Assembly (NCBI GenBank): GCA_002269645.1
Contig: NIVC01001610.1
Coordinates: 124,001-188,000 of the forward strand
Length of the DNA stretch: 64,000 nt
DNA from: Macrostomum lignano
Taxonomy: Eukaryota
Direction: 5' to 3'
Of the stretch, positions 12,395-24,525 are shown one piece after another. Numbering within the stretch: position 1 is the first letter of the stretch; each line of letters begins with the position of its first letter. The notes below the pieces were generated by a model. The model made no database searches and was not told the origin of the DNA. It saw nothing but the letters and a program-made list of their open reading frames with translations. A program made the position numbers and the translations under genes.

Positions 12395-15300
12395 TCACTT
12401 TTTGGACAACACTTCATTGGCTAGCTCAGAGATGACGTCATACGCGTAGCGAATATCGGCAGCCTCGCAGAATTCGGAGCACACGGCAAACCGAATGAAG
12501 AAGGTGTCGCTGGCCTCGAATTCGGAGGCGATGAGGTGAATCCGGCCGTCCACCCTAATACGGCGGTACAGCTCGCGACTCGGTGCGTTGGCGCCCTGAA
12601 ATTTATAGGAAATATCAATAACTGAATTTTAGGACGGTTTAGGCTAAGTATAATTTTAGCGGATGAAATGCACTGCTTCTAGGAAGCAAGTTGACCTTTG
12701 CTAATGCTCTCGGAATGATCAGGAAAACCGGAAATTCTTCGTGTCGTTGCAAAAACCTCAAAATACCAAAACCGGGAATCAATTTCCAAAGACGGAAAAC
12801 ATCCCAGAAAGTGGAAAACTTCGCAAAACTGGAAACTTACCAAAACTGGAAACTTCCCAAAACTGGAAACTTGTCCCAAAACTGAAAACTTTTCCCAAAA
12901 CTGGAAACTTTTCCCAAAACTGGAAACCTTTCTTAAAACTGGAAACTTTTCCCAAAACTAGAAACTTTTCCCAAAACTGGAAACTTTTCCCAAAACTGGA
13001 AACTTTTCCCAAAACTGGAAACTTTTCCCAAAACTGGAAACTTTTCCCAAAACTGGAAACTTTTCCCAAAACTGGAAACTTTTCCCAAAACTGGAAACTT
13101 TTCCCAAAACTGGAAACTTTTCTCAAAACTGGAAACTTTTCCCAAAACTGGAAACTTCCCAAAACTGGAAACTTTTCCCAAAACTGGAAACTTTTCCCAA
13201 AACTGGAAACTTTTCCCAAAACTGGAAACTTTTCTTAAAACTGGAAACTTCAAAAAAATTACTTCGTTAAAACCGAAAAATCTGCTACCTGACGAGAATT
13301 AGAATTTGGTGTCCATATAAATTACATTTTTTTAGTATTACTTTTGCAAAAGCACACGGGTACTTTTTGCACTTGATTCGATTCTTTCTTTCTAGACTCA
13401 GGTGAGCAAAGATTTTTGTCAAAGAAAGCCGAAAACTTCAAAGGAAAAATAACTTTTTATATCAGCTCCCTTGCTATTTGCCAATAGAAGCCTGTCTTTG
13501 CCGCTGCGAACAATAATTAGGGCAGGCACAAATCATTAAAATTACTCATGCAATTTAGACAAAAAAATCGAGACCGGAGCTCAGGTGCCACCATGTGCGG
13601 ACCCGCAGCTTTCGCTTGTAGAAATTCGATCACCTCTTGCAGGCATTTTGCCTTAGAATTCGCCACTGCCCCCCCCCCCATCCCAATTATCTGTATTTTT
13701 ACAGCGTCAGGCGCCTCGGTTGAGCATTCTTACAAGAGCAAGGATTGCGCACTTTGATGCAAAATGCGTACAGGATGTACATTTGTACAGAGTGTACAGG
13801 GTGTACAGGTGTACAGGTGTACAGTGGCCTTGACTTCCTGACATCTGCGGCACGTACACACTCTGCACCATTGGGGTTGTCCCTCACGGACGAAAATTTA
13901 ATTGATTTTACAGCGCGAGCCTCAAATTAATGCGGATGCACATGGAACCGAACCCGGGGTACCCTGGCTTCAGAGTCAGCTGCGTCAACGCGCTGAGCTT
14001 CTCTGCATCCTGAGGCTTTGGGAATGCTGCGGCCCCAACTGAATTCGAGCACTAAAGAGCGTCCCAAAATGTTAATCGTCCCATTCAGAACCTCTCTGCC
14101 CCATTCACCCTAGAGCCAAGCCTTGCCTTGAGCCGGAAGCAGACCAGGCCGAACAAGACCTCCTCGACAATTTCAAAACGGTCATCCGCAGTCACCAGCT
14201 CTTCAAACTGCTTGGCCAGACGGATATGCTGAAAAGGAGACAATATGAGTATTCATGCCTCAGACTCCTGATTAATTGTTAGGATTTTACGCTGGACAAC
14301 GTCGGGAGACGCACCTTCCGAATGTAGCTCTGCAGTCCCTCGATGCCGTAGGAGCGAAGAACGAACCAGATCTTCAGCGAGCGAAAACGCCGACCCAACG
14401 GAATCTGCCAGTGCTGCAGTTGTACAATGCAATCTTTGTCTTACGAGTGAGTGCAACCAATGTACATCCTACGTGCAACCAATGTACATCCTACGTGCAA
14501 CCAATGTACATCCTACGTGCAACCAATGTACATCCTACGTGCAACCAATGTACATCCTACGTGCAACCAATGTACATCCTACGTGCAACCGAATGTACAT
14601 CCTACGTGCAACCAATGTACATCATACGTGCAACCAATGTACATCCTACGTGCAACCGAATGTACATCCTACGTGCAACCAATGTAAATCCTACGTGGAA
14701 CCAATATACAATATAAATCCTACGAATAAACCAAAATACATCGTAAATGTACGTACAACCAACAGAAGTACACCCAATGTACTTTTAATAAAGCTCACCC
14801 GATAGTCGGGCACCAGGCCGCTGAACTCGTGCTGCAAGTACAGCGGATCAACGTTGAACGTGTTGACTACTTTAGACGAGTCCTTCAGCCACAGAGCCGA
14901 GCAGTCGAAGGTGATTTGCAGCCACTTGCCCGGGTTGAAGTTGAACGAGTCCGCCAGCTGTTTGGGATGAAAACTGTGCGTGGACTTTTAAGCTAATTGA
15001 GCTGAATGTGAAATCAAGGCTAGATGCATTTTCGAGCTCTGGAAATGCCTATTGAGCTTCGAGCTCTGGAATAGTCAAGCACTCAGGAGTCTGCGGTCTT
15101 TGGTTTTTCGTTCGTCATAATCGAGACCTTCGACATTTCAGCACGCTGAAAAGTTTGTCGCAGACACACGCTCACATAGGGTGTACAGCGGCCCTGACTT
15201 CCTATTCGTCAGGCATGTACAGTCTGTGCCTTGGGGAAATCGAACCAAGGATGGTGCCACAGTCGGACGCGTTTACCTCTGAGCTGCTCTGCCACAGGTC

Positions 15301-18300
15301 GGTAACGTACTCAAGACTCAACAGCAAATTTTTCCCTTCAATTTGATACGTCTTAACTACTGTTAGTAGCGTCCATCCATACCTCGATTCCGTTGGCGAT
15401 GTGTCGGTACTCGGGGCAGATCAGAGATGCGCCGGCGTAGGCTGCGTCCACGTGACACCAGAGACCTTCGCTCTGGCCTGCGGCGAAAAATTTTATGCAT
15501 CAAGTAAGACATTGTTTCGTTTGTGTAATTTAACTCCATCAGAGTTTGCTGAAACTACTCGGTGGCTTACAGACTTCTCCCAGTTCAGCCAAGTTGTCGA
15601 AGGCGCACGAGTTCGTTGTGCCTAGCGTAGTAATCAGCTGGATTGTTGTGTGTTATTGCATTGACTTAGGATTCTCACTCTTTGATTACGAATTGCGGTT
15701 AAGCCAACAAAATAGTTTTACTGCCCCTCTGAACCCCTCACCACTGCAGCCACCTCACTCCCTGCCCCTCCGAACCCCTCACCACTGCAGCCACCTCACT
15801 CCCTGACCCTCTGAACCCCTCACCACTACAGCCACCTCACTCCCTGCCCCTCCGAACCCCCCACCACTGCAGCCACCTCACTCCCTGCCCCTCCGAACCC
15901 CTCACCACTGCAGCCACCTCACTCCCTGCCCCTCTGAACCCCTCACCACTACAGCCACCTCACTCCCTGCCCCTCCGAACCCCTCACCACTGCAGCCACC
16001 TCACTCCCTGCCCCTCTGAACCCCTCACCACTACAGCCACCTCACTCCCTGCCCCTCCGAACCCCTCACCACTGCAGCCACCTCACTCCCTGCCCCTCTG
16101 AACCCCTCACCACTACAGCCACCTCACTCCCTGCCCCTCCGAACGCCTCACCACTACAGCCACCTCACTCCCTGCCCCTCCGAACCCCTCACCACCGCAG
16201 CCACCTCACTCCCTGCCTCTCCGAACCCCTCACCACTACAGCCACCTCACTCCCTGCCCCTCCGAACCCCTCACCACTGCAACCACCTCATTCACTCCCT
16301 GCACCTCTCCAAAATCCAAAATCCATGGCTGCACCAACCAAAATAGGCTCGAGTCCTCTGGCCCGGTCTTCAGCCACAGCTCGGGCCAAGGTGTCGCCCC
16401 TCAGCGAGCGCTTGCCATCTGTAGGCAGCTTGCGCAACTGCACAAAAGCCAGCATTGCGGCCCGCTCCACCGAAGAGTGGCTCTGAGAAAGCAGATTTTG
16501 AAAAAATAATGTTTTTTTGAAAGCAGATGTTGAAAAAAGGACGCAAATCACAATTAAGAATTCGAGCGGAAGGTCAAAAAATTTTTAAGAAAATTTGAAG
16601 GCACTTCGACAGGCAATTTCGAGTGATTTTTTCCACTAATCTTTTGAAGAACCACCTGCATTGATAGGGCGAACATGTTTGTCAGAATTTTTCAGAATTT
16701 GTCAGAATTTGATCGGAAGCGAATCCCTGATGACCGGAAGCGAATCCTTCATGACCGGAAGTGAATCCCTGATGACCGAAAGCGAATCCTTCATGACCGG
16801 AAGCGAATCCCTCATGACCGGAAGCGAATCCCTCATGACTGGAAGCGAATCCCTCATGACCGGAAGTGAATCCCTCATGACCGGAAGCGAATCCCACCTG
16901 ATCGGACACGAATCCCTCATGACCAGAAGCGAATCCCTAATGACCGGAAGCGAATCCCTCATGACCGGAAGCGAATCCCTTATGACCAGAAGCGATTCCC
17001 TAATGACCGGAAGTGAATCCCTCATGACCGGACGCAAAATCACCAGCCACTCACCTGATCGGAGGCGTAGGCCACCAACCGCGAGAGCGCCAGACTCGGC
17101 TGCTGCTGCGCCTCCGGTCGCTGCGCCTGCAAGCGCTGGATGGCCAGGTTCCTGGCTGACAGGAAGATCACCAAGGTGGCCTCGCTTGCCGAGCCCTGGA
17201 TCACGCCGCCGCCCCCGCTTCCGCCGCTGCCGCCGCCAGCTGGGAACAGGAAGTGATCGGGCAGGCCCAGAGCCTTGGCCAGCCAGTCCATCATGACAGT
17301 CTCAAGTTCCGTGCAAGCTGGACTGGCGATCTGAGTGCAGGTTGTACATTCGGTTCACTTCATTCTAATTTAACACATTTTTTAATTTCCTAAATAGGAC
17401 TTTCTGGATCATTAAGGCTTTGTCTCTTCTTTGAACCAGCTTAGCTTAGCCTTATACATGATACATGATAACACCATGATCCAGATTACATGTACATGAT
17501 TACACCTGCCCTAATAGGTAGATGTGCAACCGACAGCTCACTGGACTGGGGGTCGCCATACACCCTCAATTAACCCAGCTAATGCTGGCACCCATTTTAC
17601 AGCTGGGTGAACTGAAGCAATGCAGAGTTAAGTGTCTTGCTCAAGGACACAGATTTTTCCAGAGGGATCCGGAATCGAACCCCCGACCTTCAGGTCGTGA
17701 GTCCAAGGCTACATACAAACCCCCTTGGGACCAAACTGCGCTGGCTACCTCAGTGATGATGCATTTTTCTTAAAATTCGTTCTGTTTTCGTCTATCTTCA
17801 CTAACAAGCCTACTTATAGTAGAAAAATACAGTCAAGCAAGGCTATTTTCCATGAAAACAGCTGCACAAACGCACCCAGGAGAAGCCAATGCAGCCAATG
17901 GCGTCACTCAGCATGTCGGCCAGAATTGACGGAAAAGTGTTGGCCGTCGGGTAGTAGGCGTGGAACTGCGGATGGTGCCAGTTTGTCACCTGGGCGTGGG
18001 GTGAGCACGGGTTGATTGACGCTCAGTTGACAAGAGCTAGCTGAGAACAGATACCCCAGTCTCACCCCGGACACACCAGCTAGCTGGGAACAGATACCCA
18101 GTCTCACCCCGGACACACCAGCTAGCTGAGAGCAGACACTCCAGTCTCACCCCGGACACACCAGCTAGGTGAGAGCAGACACTCCAGTCTCACCCCGGAC
18201 ACATCAGCTAGCTGAGAACAGATACCCCAGTCTCACCCCGGACACACCAGCTAGCTGGGAACAGATACCCAGTCTCACCCCGGACACACCAGCTAGCTGA

Positions 18301-18651
18301 GAGCAGACACTCCAGTCTCACCCCGGACACACCAGCTAGGTGAGAGCAGACACTCCAGTCTCACCCCGGACACATCAGCTAGCTGAGAGCAGACACCCCA
18401 GTCTCACCCCCGACACACCAGCTAGGTGAGAGCAGACACTCCAGTCTCACCCCGGACAGCACCACCCGCTCCAAGTCGGCCATGACGTTCTCAAACAGTT
18501 CCCCAGCCTGTGGCGGCTCTGCTGGGATCAGCGGTCGCAGATAGCCCGGCCGGACGTCCGGGACCACCTGGCGCTGGCGGAAGCTGGCAAAATAGTCGGC
18601 GATGAAGTCCACCATCGCCTTGCCCTGACGGCGAAACTCTTCGCGATCCAT
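12395..18651 (-). CDS. DDC: Group II PLP-dependent aromatic L-amino acid decarboxylase (DDC-like), ~485 aa, 10 exons
   Basis: Exons (-): 18651-18451, 17989-17876, 17330-17055, 16482-16339, 15637-15571, 15477-15383, 14957-14799, 14413-14315, 14228-14127, 12595-12395. Motifs [69 protein letters not shown]. Intron 9 uses a GC donor. Confidence 0.93.
12790..13250. repeat. 19-bp minisatellite (ttttcccaaaactggaaac) in decarboxylase intron 9
   Basis: Direct observation. Confidence 0.95.
14445..14700. repeat. 22-bp minisatellite (gtgcaaccaatgtacatcctac) in decarboxylase intron 7
   Basis: Direct observation. Confidence 0.95.
15160..15293 (-). mobile_element. tRNA-headed SINE fragment (family 2 core)
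   Basis: A-box AGCTCAGAGG and B-box GGTTCGATT, followed by the core tgtacatgcctgacga..gaagtcagggccgctgtacac shared with 36994-37353. Confidence 0.7.
15725..16290. repeat. 41-bp minisatellite in decarboxylase intron 4
   Basis: Unit cctgcccctccgaacccctcaccactgcagccacctcactc. Confidence 0.95.
16705..17030. repeat. 21-bp minisatellite in decarboxylase intron 3
   Basis: Unit atgaccggaagcgaatccctc. Confidence 0.95.
17499..17724 (-). mobile_element. tRNA-derived CORE-like SINE in decarboxylase intron 2
   Basis: On - strand: GGTTCGATTCC B-box, then tgtgtccttgagcaagacacttaac...cagctgtaaaatgggt, which resembles the MIR/CORE domain; same family as 55623-55928. Confidence 0.8.
18040..18460. repeat. 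42-43 bp minisatellite that includes the decarboxylase exon-1 splice donor
   Basis: About 10 copies of gtctcaccccggac (GTCCGGG|GTGAGAC on -). Confidence 0.9.
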
Positions 18652-19154
18652 TGCAAGCGAAAGCAGATCAGAAGACAGAATCGGAGGTCTGAGCCTCGGC
18701 TTCTAGCAAGCAGTATTAAATAGCAGCAGAAAATTACAGGGTGAGTCAACAGTCGCCCAGGGTCCCTTGTCAAATGCTGTCAGCGTCTATAAAATATTTT
18801 GCCTCACGCCTGGGCTGATATCTGTCCGAGACTGCTGTTTATGTATCCCAGCCCTCCAACCCAGCTCTGGGTAATTGGAGATTTCCATTTTTTTCGTTCT
18901 TCAGCCCGATAATCCGATCCAATTATCCTCGAGGCGGCAGCTCTGACGGAGCATGGAAGTTGAGAGGCCTAACTGGGTTTTGCATGGAACGGAAAGCTTG
19001 GGCATTTTCCTTTGCTGCCGTTCTCAAATCTGCATGTAATCTAAGAGTTAAGCGTGCGATTGCGAGCGGTTTATATTAATAACTATTTGCTTCTGAGCTA
19101 CTGTAAGTAGCGTTTGACGGAAAATTCAAATTCTCGAAAGCACAAATTTTGCTA

Positions 19155-19765
19155 GCCGAGAAAGTTGCCAGCCGGAAAATACCGAGAAAGTTGCCAGCTG
19201 AGAAAGTTGCCAGCTGAAAAAGTTGCCAGCTGAGAAAGTTGCCAGCTGAGAAAGTTGCCAGCTGAGAAAGTTGCCAGCTGAGAAAGTTGCCAGCTGAGAA
19301 AGTTGCCAGCTGAGAAAGTTGCCAGCTGAGAAAGTTGCCAGCTGAGAAAGTTGCCAGCTGAGAAAGTTGCCAGCTGAGAAAGTTGCCAGCTGAGAAAGTT
19401 GCCAGCTGAGAAAGTTGCCAGCTGAGAAAGTTGCCAGCTGAGAAAGTTGCCAGCTGAGAAAGTTGCCAGCTGAGAAAGTTGCCAGCTGAGAAAGTTGCCA
19501 GCTGAGAAAGTTGCCAGCTGAGAAAGTTGCCAGCTGAGAAAGTTGCCAGCTGAGAAAGTTGCCAGCTGAGAAAGTTGCCAGCTGAGAAAGTTGCCAGCTG
19601 AGAAAGTTGCCAGCTGAGAAAGTTGCCAGCTGAGAAAGTTGCCAGCTGAGAAAGTTGCCAGCTGAGAAAGTTGCCAGCTGAGAAAGTTGCCAGCTGAGAA
19701 AGTTGCCAGCTGAGAAAGTTGCCAGCTGAGAAAGTTGCCAGCCGGAAAGTTGTCAGCGGAGAAAG
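19155..19765. repeat. 16-bp minisatellite (gagaaagttgccagct)
   Basis: Nearly perfect array. Confidence 0.98.
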
Positions 19766-20654
19766 TTTGCATCAAGGAGGGTAGAAGCTCAGAATTTCAA
19801 GAGCTGTCTAATTTTACAATTATAAATCTGTTTTAAGAGCTAAAGTAATATCTAATACATTTTTTACAAAAACATGTAGTTTCTTTAAATGTAGTAACTG
19901 AAAGCATGCATATTTTGTGGCAAAGTGATATGCATTCTGTTTTTTCAAAATACAGTACTTTTCTAAAGCCAAGGCGGCGTGGCGTCATCAGCAGCACCTC
20001 CTGCACCGAATGTAGGCAAGCTGCAACTGTTTTTTTCCCTTTTCCAGATGAAGAGGCTCTGGGAGATAAGAGAGAGAGAGAGGAGGGGGAAGCTGAGCTG
20101 CCATCTGCCGGCTTCATCAATAAGCACTGAAGGATTTGGCAGCCATGAGTTCGGGACTAGGAGTAACCTCCAACCTCTGCACCGAGATCTTGCAGAGATC
20201 TGGCATAGCCATACGAGCGTAAGGCTTCTGCGGTTATTTTCCCCTGTGTGTTTCAATGTGCAATGCTGACAAGCCTCACAAATGCGGAGATATTGCCTTA
20301 TTGGCCCGATTCTATCCAGCTGATAAGCATGCAGCAAAGAATAAGAATGAAGTAAAGCAAACGCGCGAAATGTAACAGACCTGATTCCACAGCTTTCTAC
20401 TCGCATCTGAGGGCCTCGCTACACCAAACTGACAAGTGGCACAGGTGTTTTTGGCAGTGAATGATGTACGGTATGACACTGGGTAAACACAGACTCCAGC
20501 AACTGGGGCGTTGATGCGACTGACTGATCTGCACTTGTCCCGCTTCTATGCCTCAGCTAACTGGCTGTGGGGGGAGGGGAGGGAGAGGATGGGAGCAACT
20601 GAGATGGGGAAATAAATAATGAGAAAATATCCTGCTACACAGCTACACAACCCA

Positions 20655-21795
20655 GCTGAGAAAGGCAGACAGCCCAGCTGAGAGGCAGACAGCCCAGCTG
20701 AGAGGCAGACAGCCCAGCTGAGAGAGGCAGACAGCCCAGCTGAGAGAGGCAGACAGCCTAGCTGAGAGAGGCAGACAGCCCAGCTGAGAGAGGCAGACAG
20801 CCCAGCTGAGAGAGGCAGACAGCCCAGCTGAGAGAGGCAGACAGCCCAGCTGAGAGAGGCAGACAGCCCAGCTGAGAGAGGCAGACAGCCCAGCTGAGAG
20901 AGGCAGACAGCCCAGCTGAGAGAGGCAGACAGCCCAGCTGAGAGAGGCAGACAGCCCAGCTGAGAGAGGCAGACAGCCCAGCTGAGAGAGGCAGACAGCC
21001 CAGCTGAGAGAGGCAGACAGCCCAGCTGAGAGAGGCAGACAGCCCAGCTGAGAGAGGCAGACAGCCCAGCTGAGAGAGGCAGACAGCCCAGCTGAGAGAG
21101 GCAGACAGCCCAGCTGAGAGAGGCAGACAGCCCAGCTGAGAGAGGCAGACAGCCTAGCTGAGAGAGGCAGACAGCCCAGCTGAGAGAGGCAGACAGCCTA
21201 GCTGAGAGAGGCAGACAGCCCAGCTGAGAGAGGCAGACAGCCCAGCTGAGAGAGGCAGACAGCCCAGCTGAGAGAGGCAGACAGCCCAGCAGAGAGGCAG
21301 ACAGCCCAGCAGAGAGGCAGACAGCCCAGCTGAGAGAGGCAGACAGCCCAGCTGAGAGAGGCAGACAGCCCAGCTGAGAGAGGCAGACAGCCCAGCTGAG
21401 AGAGGCAGACAGCCCAGCTGAGAGAGGCAGACAGCCCAGCTGAGAGAGGCAGACAGCCTAGCTGAGAGAGGCAGACAGCCCAGCTGAGAGAGGCAGACAG
21501 CCTAGCTGAGAGAGGCAGACAGCCCAGCTGAGAGAGGCAGACAGCCCAGCTGAGAGAGGCAGACAGCCCAGCTGAGAGAGGCAGACAGCCCAGCAGAGAG
21601 GCAGACAGCCCAGCAGAGAGGCAGACAGCCCAGCTGAGAGAGGCAGACAGCCCAGCTGAGAGAGGCAGACAGCCCAGCTGAGAGAGGCAGACAGCCCAGC
21701 TGAGAGAGGCAGACAGCCCAGCTGAGATAGGCAGACAGCCCAGCTGAGAGAGGCAGACAGCCCAGCTGAGAGAGGCAGACAGCCCAGAGGCAGAC
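20655..21795. repeat. 22-bp minisatellite (agagaggcagacagcccagctg) abutting the Tob ATG
   Basis: Direct observation. Confidence 0.98.
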
Positions 21796-21802
21796 AGCGA
21801 GG

Positions 21803-22550
21803 ATGCACAGAGAGGTGTCAGCAGCGGTGGATTTCATTGCATCCCTGCTGTACCACCGCCTGCCACGCCGCCGAGTGGTGCATCTGTGCGAGCAGCTTCG
21901 CCAGGACATGCTGACTCATCAGTTTTCGCTGTCGGAAATGAGCGGCCTGCAAATCGAGGGCCCCCGAGACCCCCTGCTGATGCGGGCAGCTCAGCAGGCG
22001 GGGCTGCAGCCGATGGAGGTGGCGCGCCAGCTGCCGCAGGATCTGGCGCTGTGGATTCAGCCAGGCCGGGTGGCCGTCAGGATTGACAAAAACGGTGAGG
22101 GAAATTCTGCTTGGCTGGTCTCAACATCTCATGAAATATGCGTGACATCCTATTGGGCAGAATTGGCGTCAGCGCTGGTTGTGGGACCATGTCGCCGAAG
22201 GCGTTCCGCCAAGATGCCCGCAACTACAGCTTGATATATGGCAGATTTTAAATGTGCACTACTTTTAAGTAGCACAACAGGAACCTGTTGATCTTTTTTC
22301 AAGAGGATAGTTAAGAGACACGAACAACTTCTACGCGACAGATCACGCGACGCTGCTGAACTCTGACTCCGACACCGCCGACAATCTGCCGCAGGCGCGG
22401 TGGCGTGCAGCAACAGGATCTACTTCGTCCTACTTCACGGCCGAGGAGTTCGCGCGAACCAAGTTCGGCAGTACTAAGCTGCGCCAAGAGCGACGCCAAG
22501 GTCGGGGCGGCGGCGGCTGTGGCGGCAATGGCAGCGAGGGCCAATTTTAA
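21803..22550 (+). CDS. TOB: Divergent Tob/BTG-family protein (~166 aa, 2 exons)
   Basis: Exons 21803-22094 and 22342-22550. MHREVSAAVDFIASLLYHRLPRRRV matches the Tob N-terminus; LPQDLALW matches Box B; FTAEEFARTKFGSTK matches the Tob-specific FAATKFGSTK motif. The exon-2 acceptor is inferred from phase. Confidence 0.8.
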
Positions 22551-22814
22551 AACTCAATGCATTGGATACACCCTCCTGTTTGAGCGAAGCACTGTTTGAA
22601 AGTATAAGTAAAACACTTTTAGAGGATATTCCTCCGTTTGGTGTAAAATGTTTCATACATCCTTCATTGTTTTTTACACACCAATTTAAACTCTAAAAGA
22701 CGATGCTAGCCATACTACTGGCTAATGCAAAATCAGTAGCGTATTTGGTGGTTAAAATTTGATAAAAAATTATTCGGTGAAAACATACACTGTAGCTGTA
22801 AATGCGGCAGACAA

Positions 22815-24525
22815 GGTGGGATAGACACAGTGGGAGAGGGGATAGACACACTGGGAGAGGGGATAGACACAGTGGGAGAGGGGATAGACACAGTGGGAGA
22901 GGGGATAGACACAGTGGGAGAGGGGATAGACACAGTGGGAGAGGGGATAGACACAGTGGGAGAGGGGATAGACACAGTGGGAGAGGGGATAGACACAGTG
23001 AGAGAGGGGATAGACACAGTGGGAGAGAGGATAGACACAGTGGGAGAGGGGATAGACACAGTGGGAGAGAGGATAGACACAGTGGGAGAGGGGATAGACA
23101 CAGTAGGAGAGGGGATAGACACAGTGGGAGAGGGGATAGACACAGTGGGAGAGGGGATAGACACAGTGGGAGAGGGGATAGACACAGTGGGAGAGGGGAT
23201 AGACACAGTGGGAGAGGGGATAGACACAGTGGGAGAGGGGATAGACACAGTGGGAGAGGGGATAGACACAGTGGGAGAGGGGATAGACACAGTGGGAGAG
23301 GGGATAGACACAGTGGGAGAGGGGATAGACACAGTGGGAGAGGGGATAGACACAGTGGGAGAGGGGATAGACACAGTGGGAGAGGGGATAGACACAGTGA
23401 GAGAGGGGATAGACACAGTGGGAGAGAGGATAGACACAGTGGGAGAGGGGATAGACACAGTGGGAGAGGGGATAGGCACAGTGGGAGAGGGGATAGACAC
23501 AGTGGGAGAGGGATAGACACAGTGGGAGAGGGGATAGACACAGTGGGAGAGGGGATAGACACAGTGGGAGAGGGGATAGACACAGTGGGAGAGGGGATAG
23601 ACACAGTGGGAGAGGGATAGACACAGTGGGAGAGGGGATAGACACAGTGGGAGAGGGGATAGACACAGTGGGAGAGGGGATAGACACAGTGGGAGAGGGA
23701 TAGACACAGTGGGAGAGGGGATAGACACAGTGGGAGAGGGGATAGACACAGTGGGAGAGGGGATAGACACAGTGGGAGAGGGGATAGACACAGTGGGAGA
23801 GGGGATAGACACAGTAGGAGAGGGGATAGACACAGTGGGAGAGGGGATAGACACAGTGGGAGAGGGGATAGACACAGTGGGAGAGGGGATAGACACAGTG
23901 GAAGAGGGGATAGGCACAGTGGGAGAGGGGATAGACACAGTGGGAGAGGGGATAGACACAGTGGGAGAGGGGATAGACACAGTGGGAGAGGGGATAGACA
24001 CAGTGGGAGAGGGGATAGACACAGTGGGAGAGGGGATAGACACAGTGGGAGAGGGGATAGACACAGTGGGAGAGGGGATAGACACAGTGGGAGAGGGGAT
24101 AGACACAGTGGGAGAGGGGATAGACACAGTGGGAGAGGGGATAGGCACAGTGGGAGAGGGGATAGGCACAGTGGGAGAGGGGATAGACACAGTGGGAGAG
24201 GGGATAGACACAGTGGGAGAGGGGATAGACACAGTGGGAGAGGGGATAGACACAGTGGGAGAGGGGATAGACACAGTGGGAGAGGGGATAGACACAGTGG
24301 GAGAGGGGATAGACACAGTGGGAGAGGGGATAGACACAGTGGGAGGGGGATAGACACAGTGGGAGAGGGGATAGACACACTGGGAGAGGGGATAGACACA
24401 GTGGGAGAGGGGATAGACACAGTGGGAGAGGGGATAGACACAGTGGGAGAGGGGATAGACACAGTGGGAGAGGGGATAGACACAGTGGGAGAGGGGATAG
24501 ACACAGTGGGAGAGGGGATAGGCAA
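22815..24525. repeat. 21-bp minisatellite (ggggatagacacagtgggaga), ~80 copies
   Basis: Source of the 500-600 aa artefact ORFs. Confidence 0.98.

Noticed and set aside
12395-18651. Calling the enzyme histidine or tyrosine decarboxylase
   Set aside because: It has G354 and GCIGFSW, and lacks HDC NPSK/S354 and the TDC HWGxPLS signature; the overall match is DDC-like
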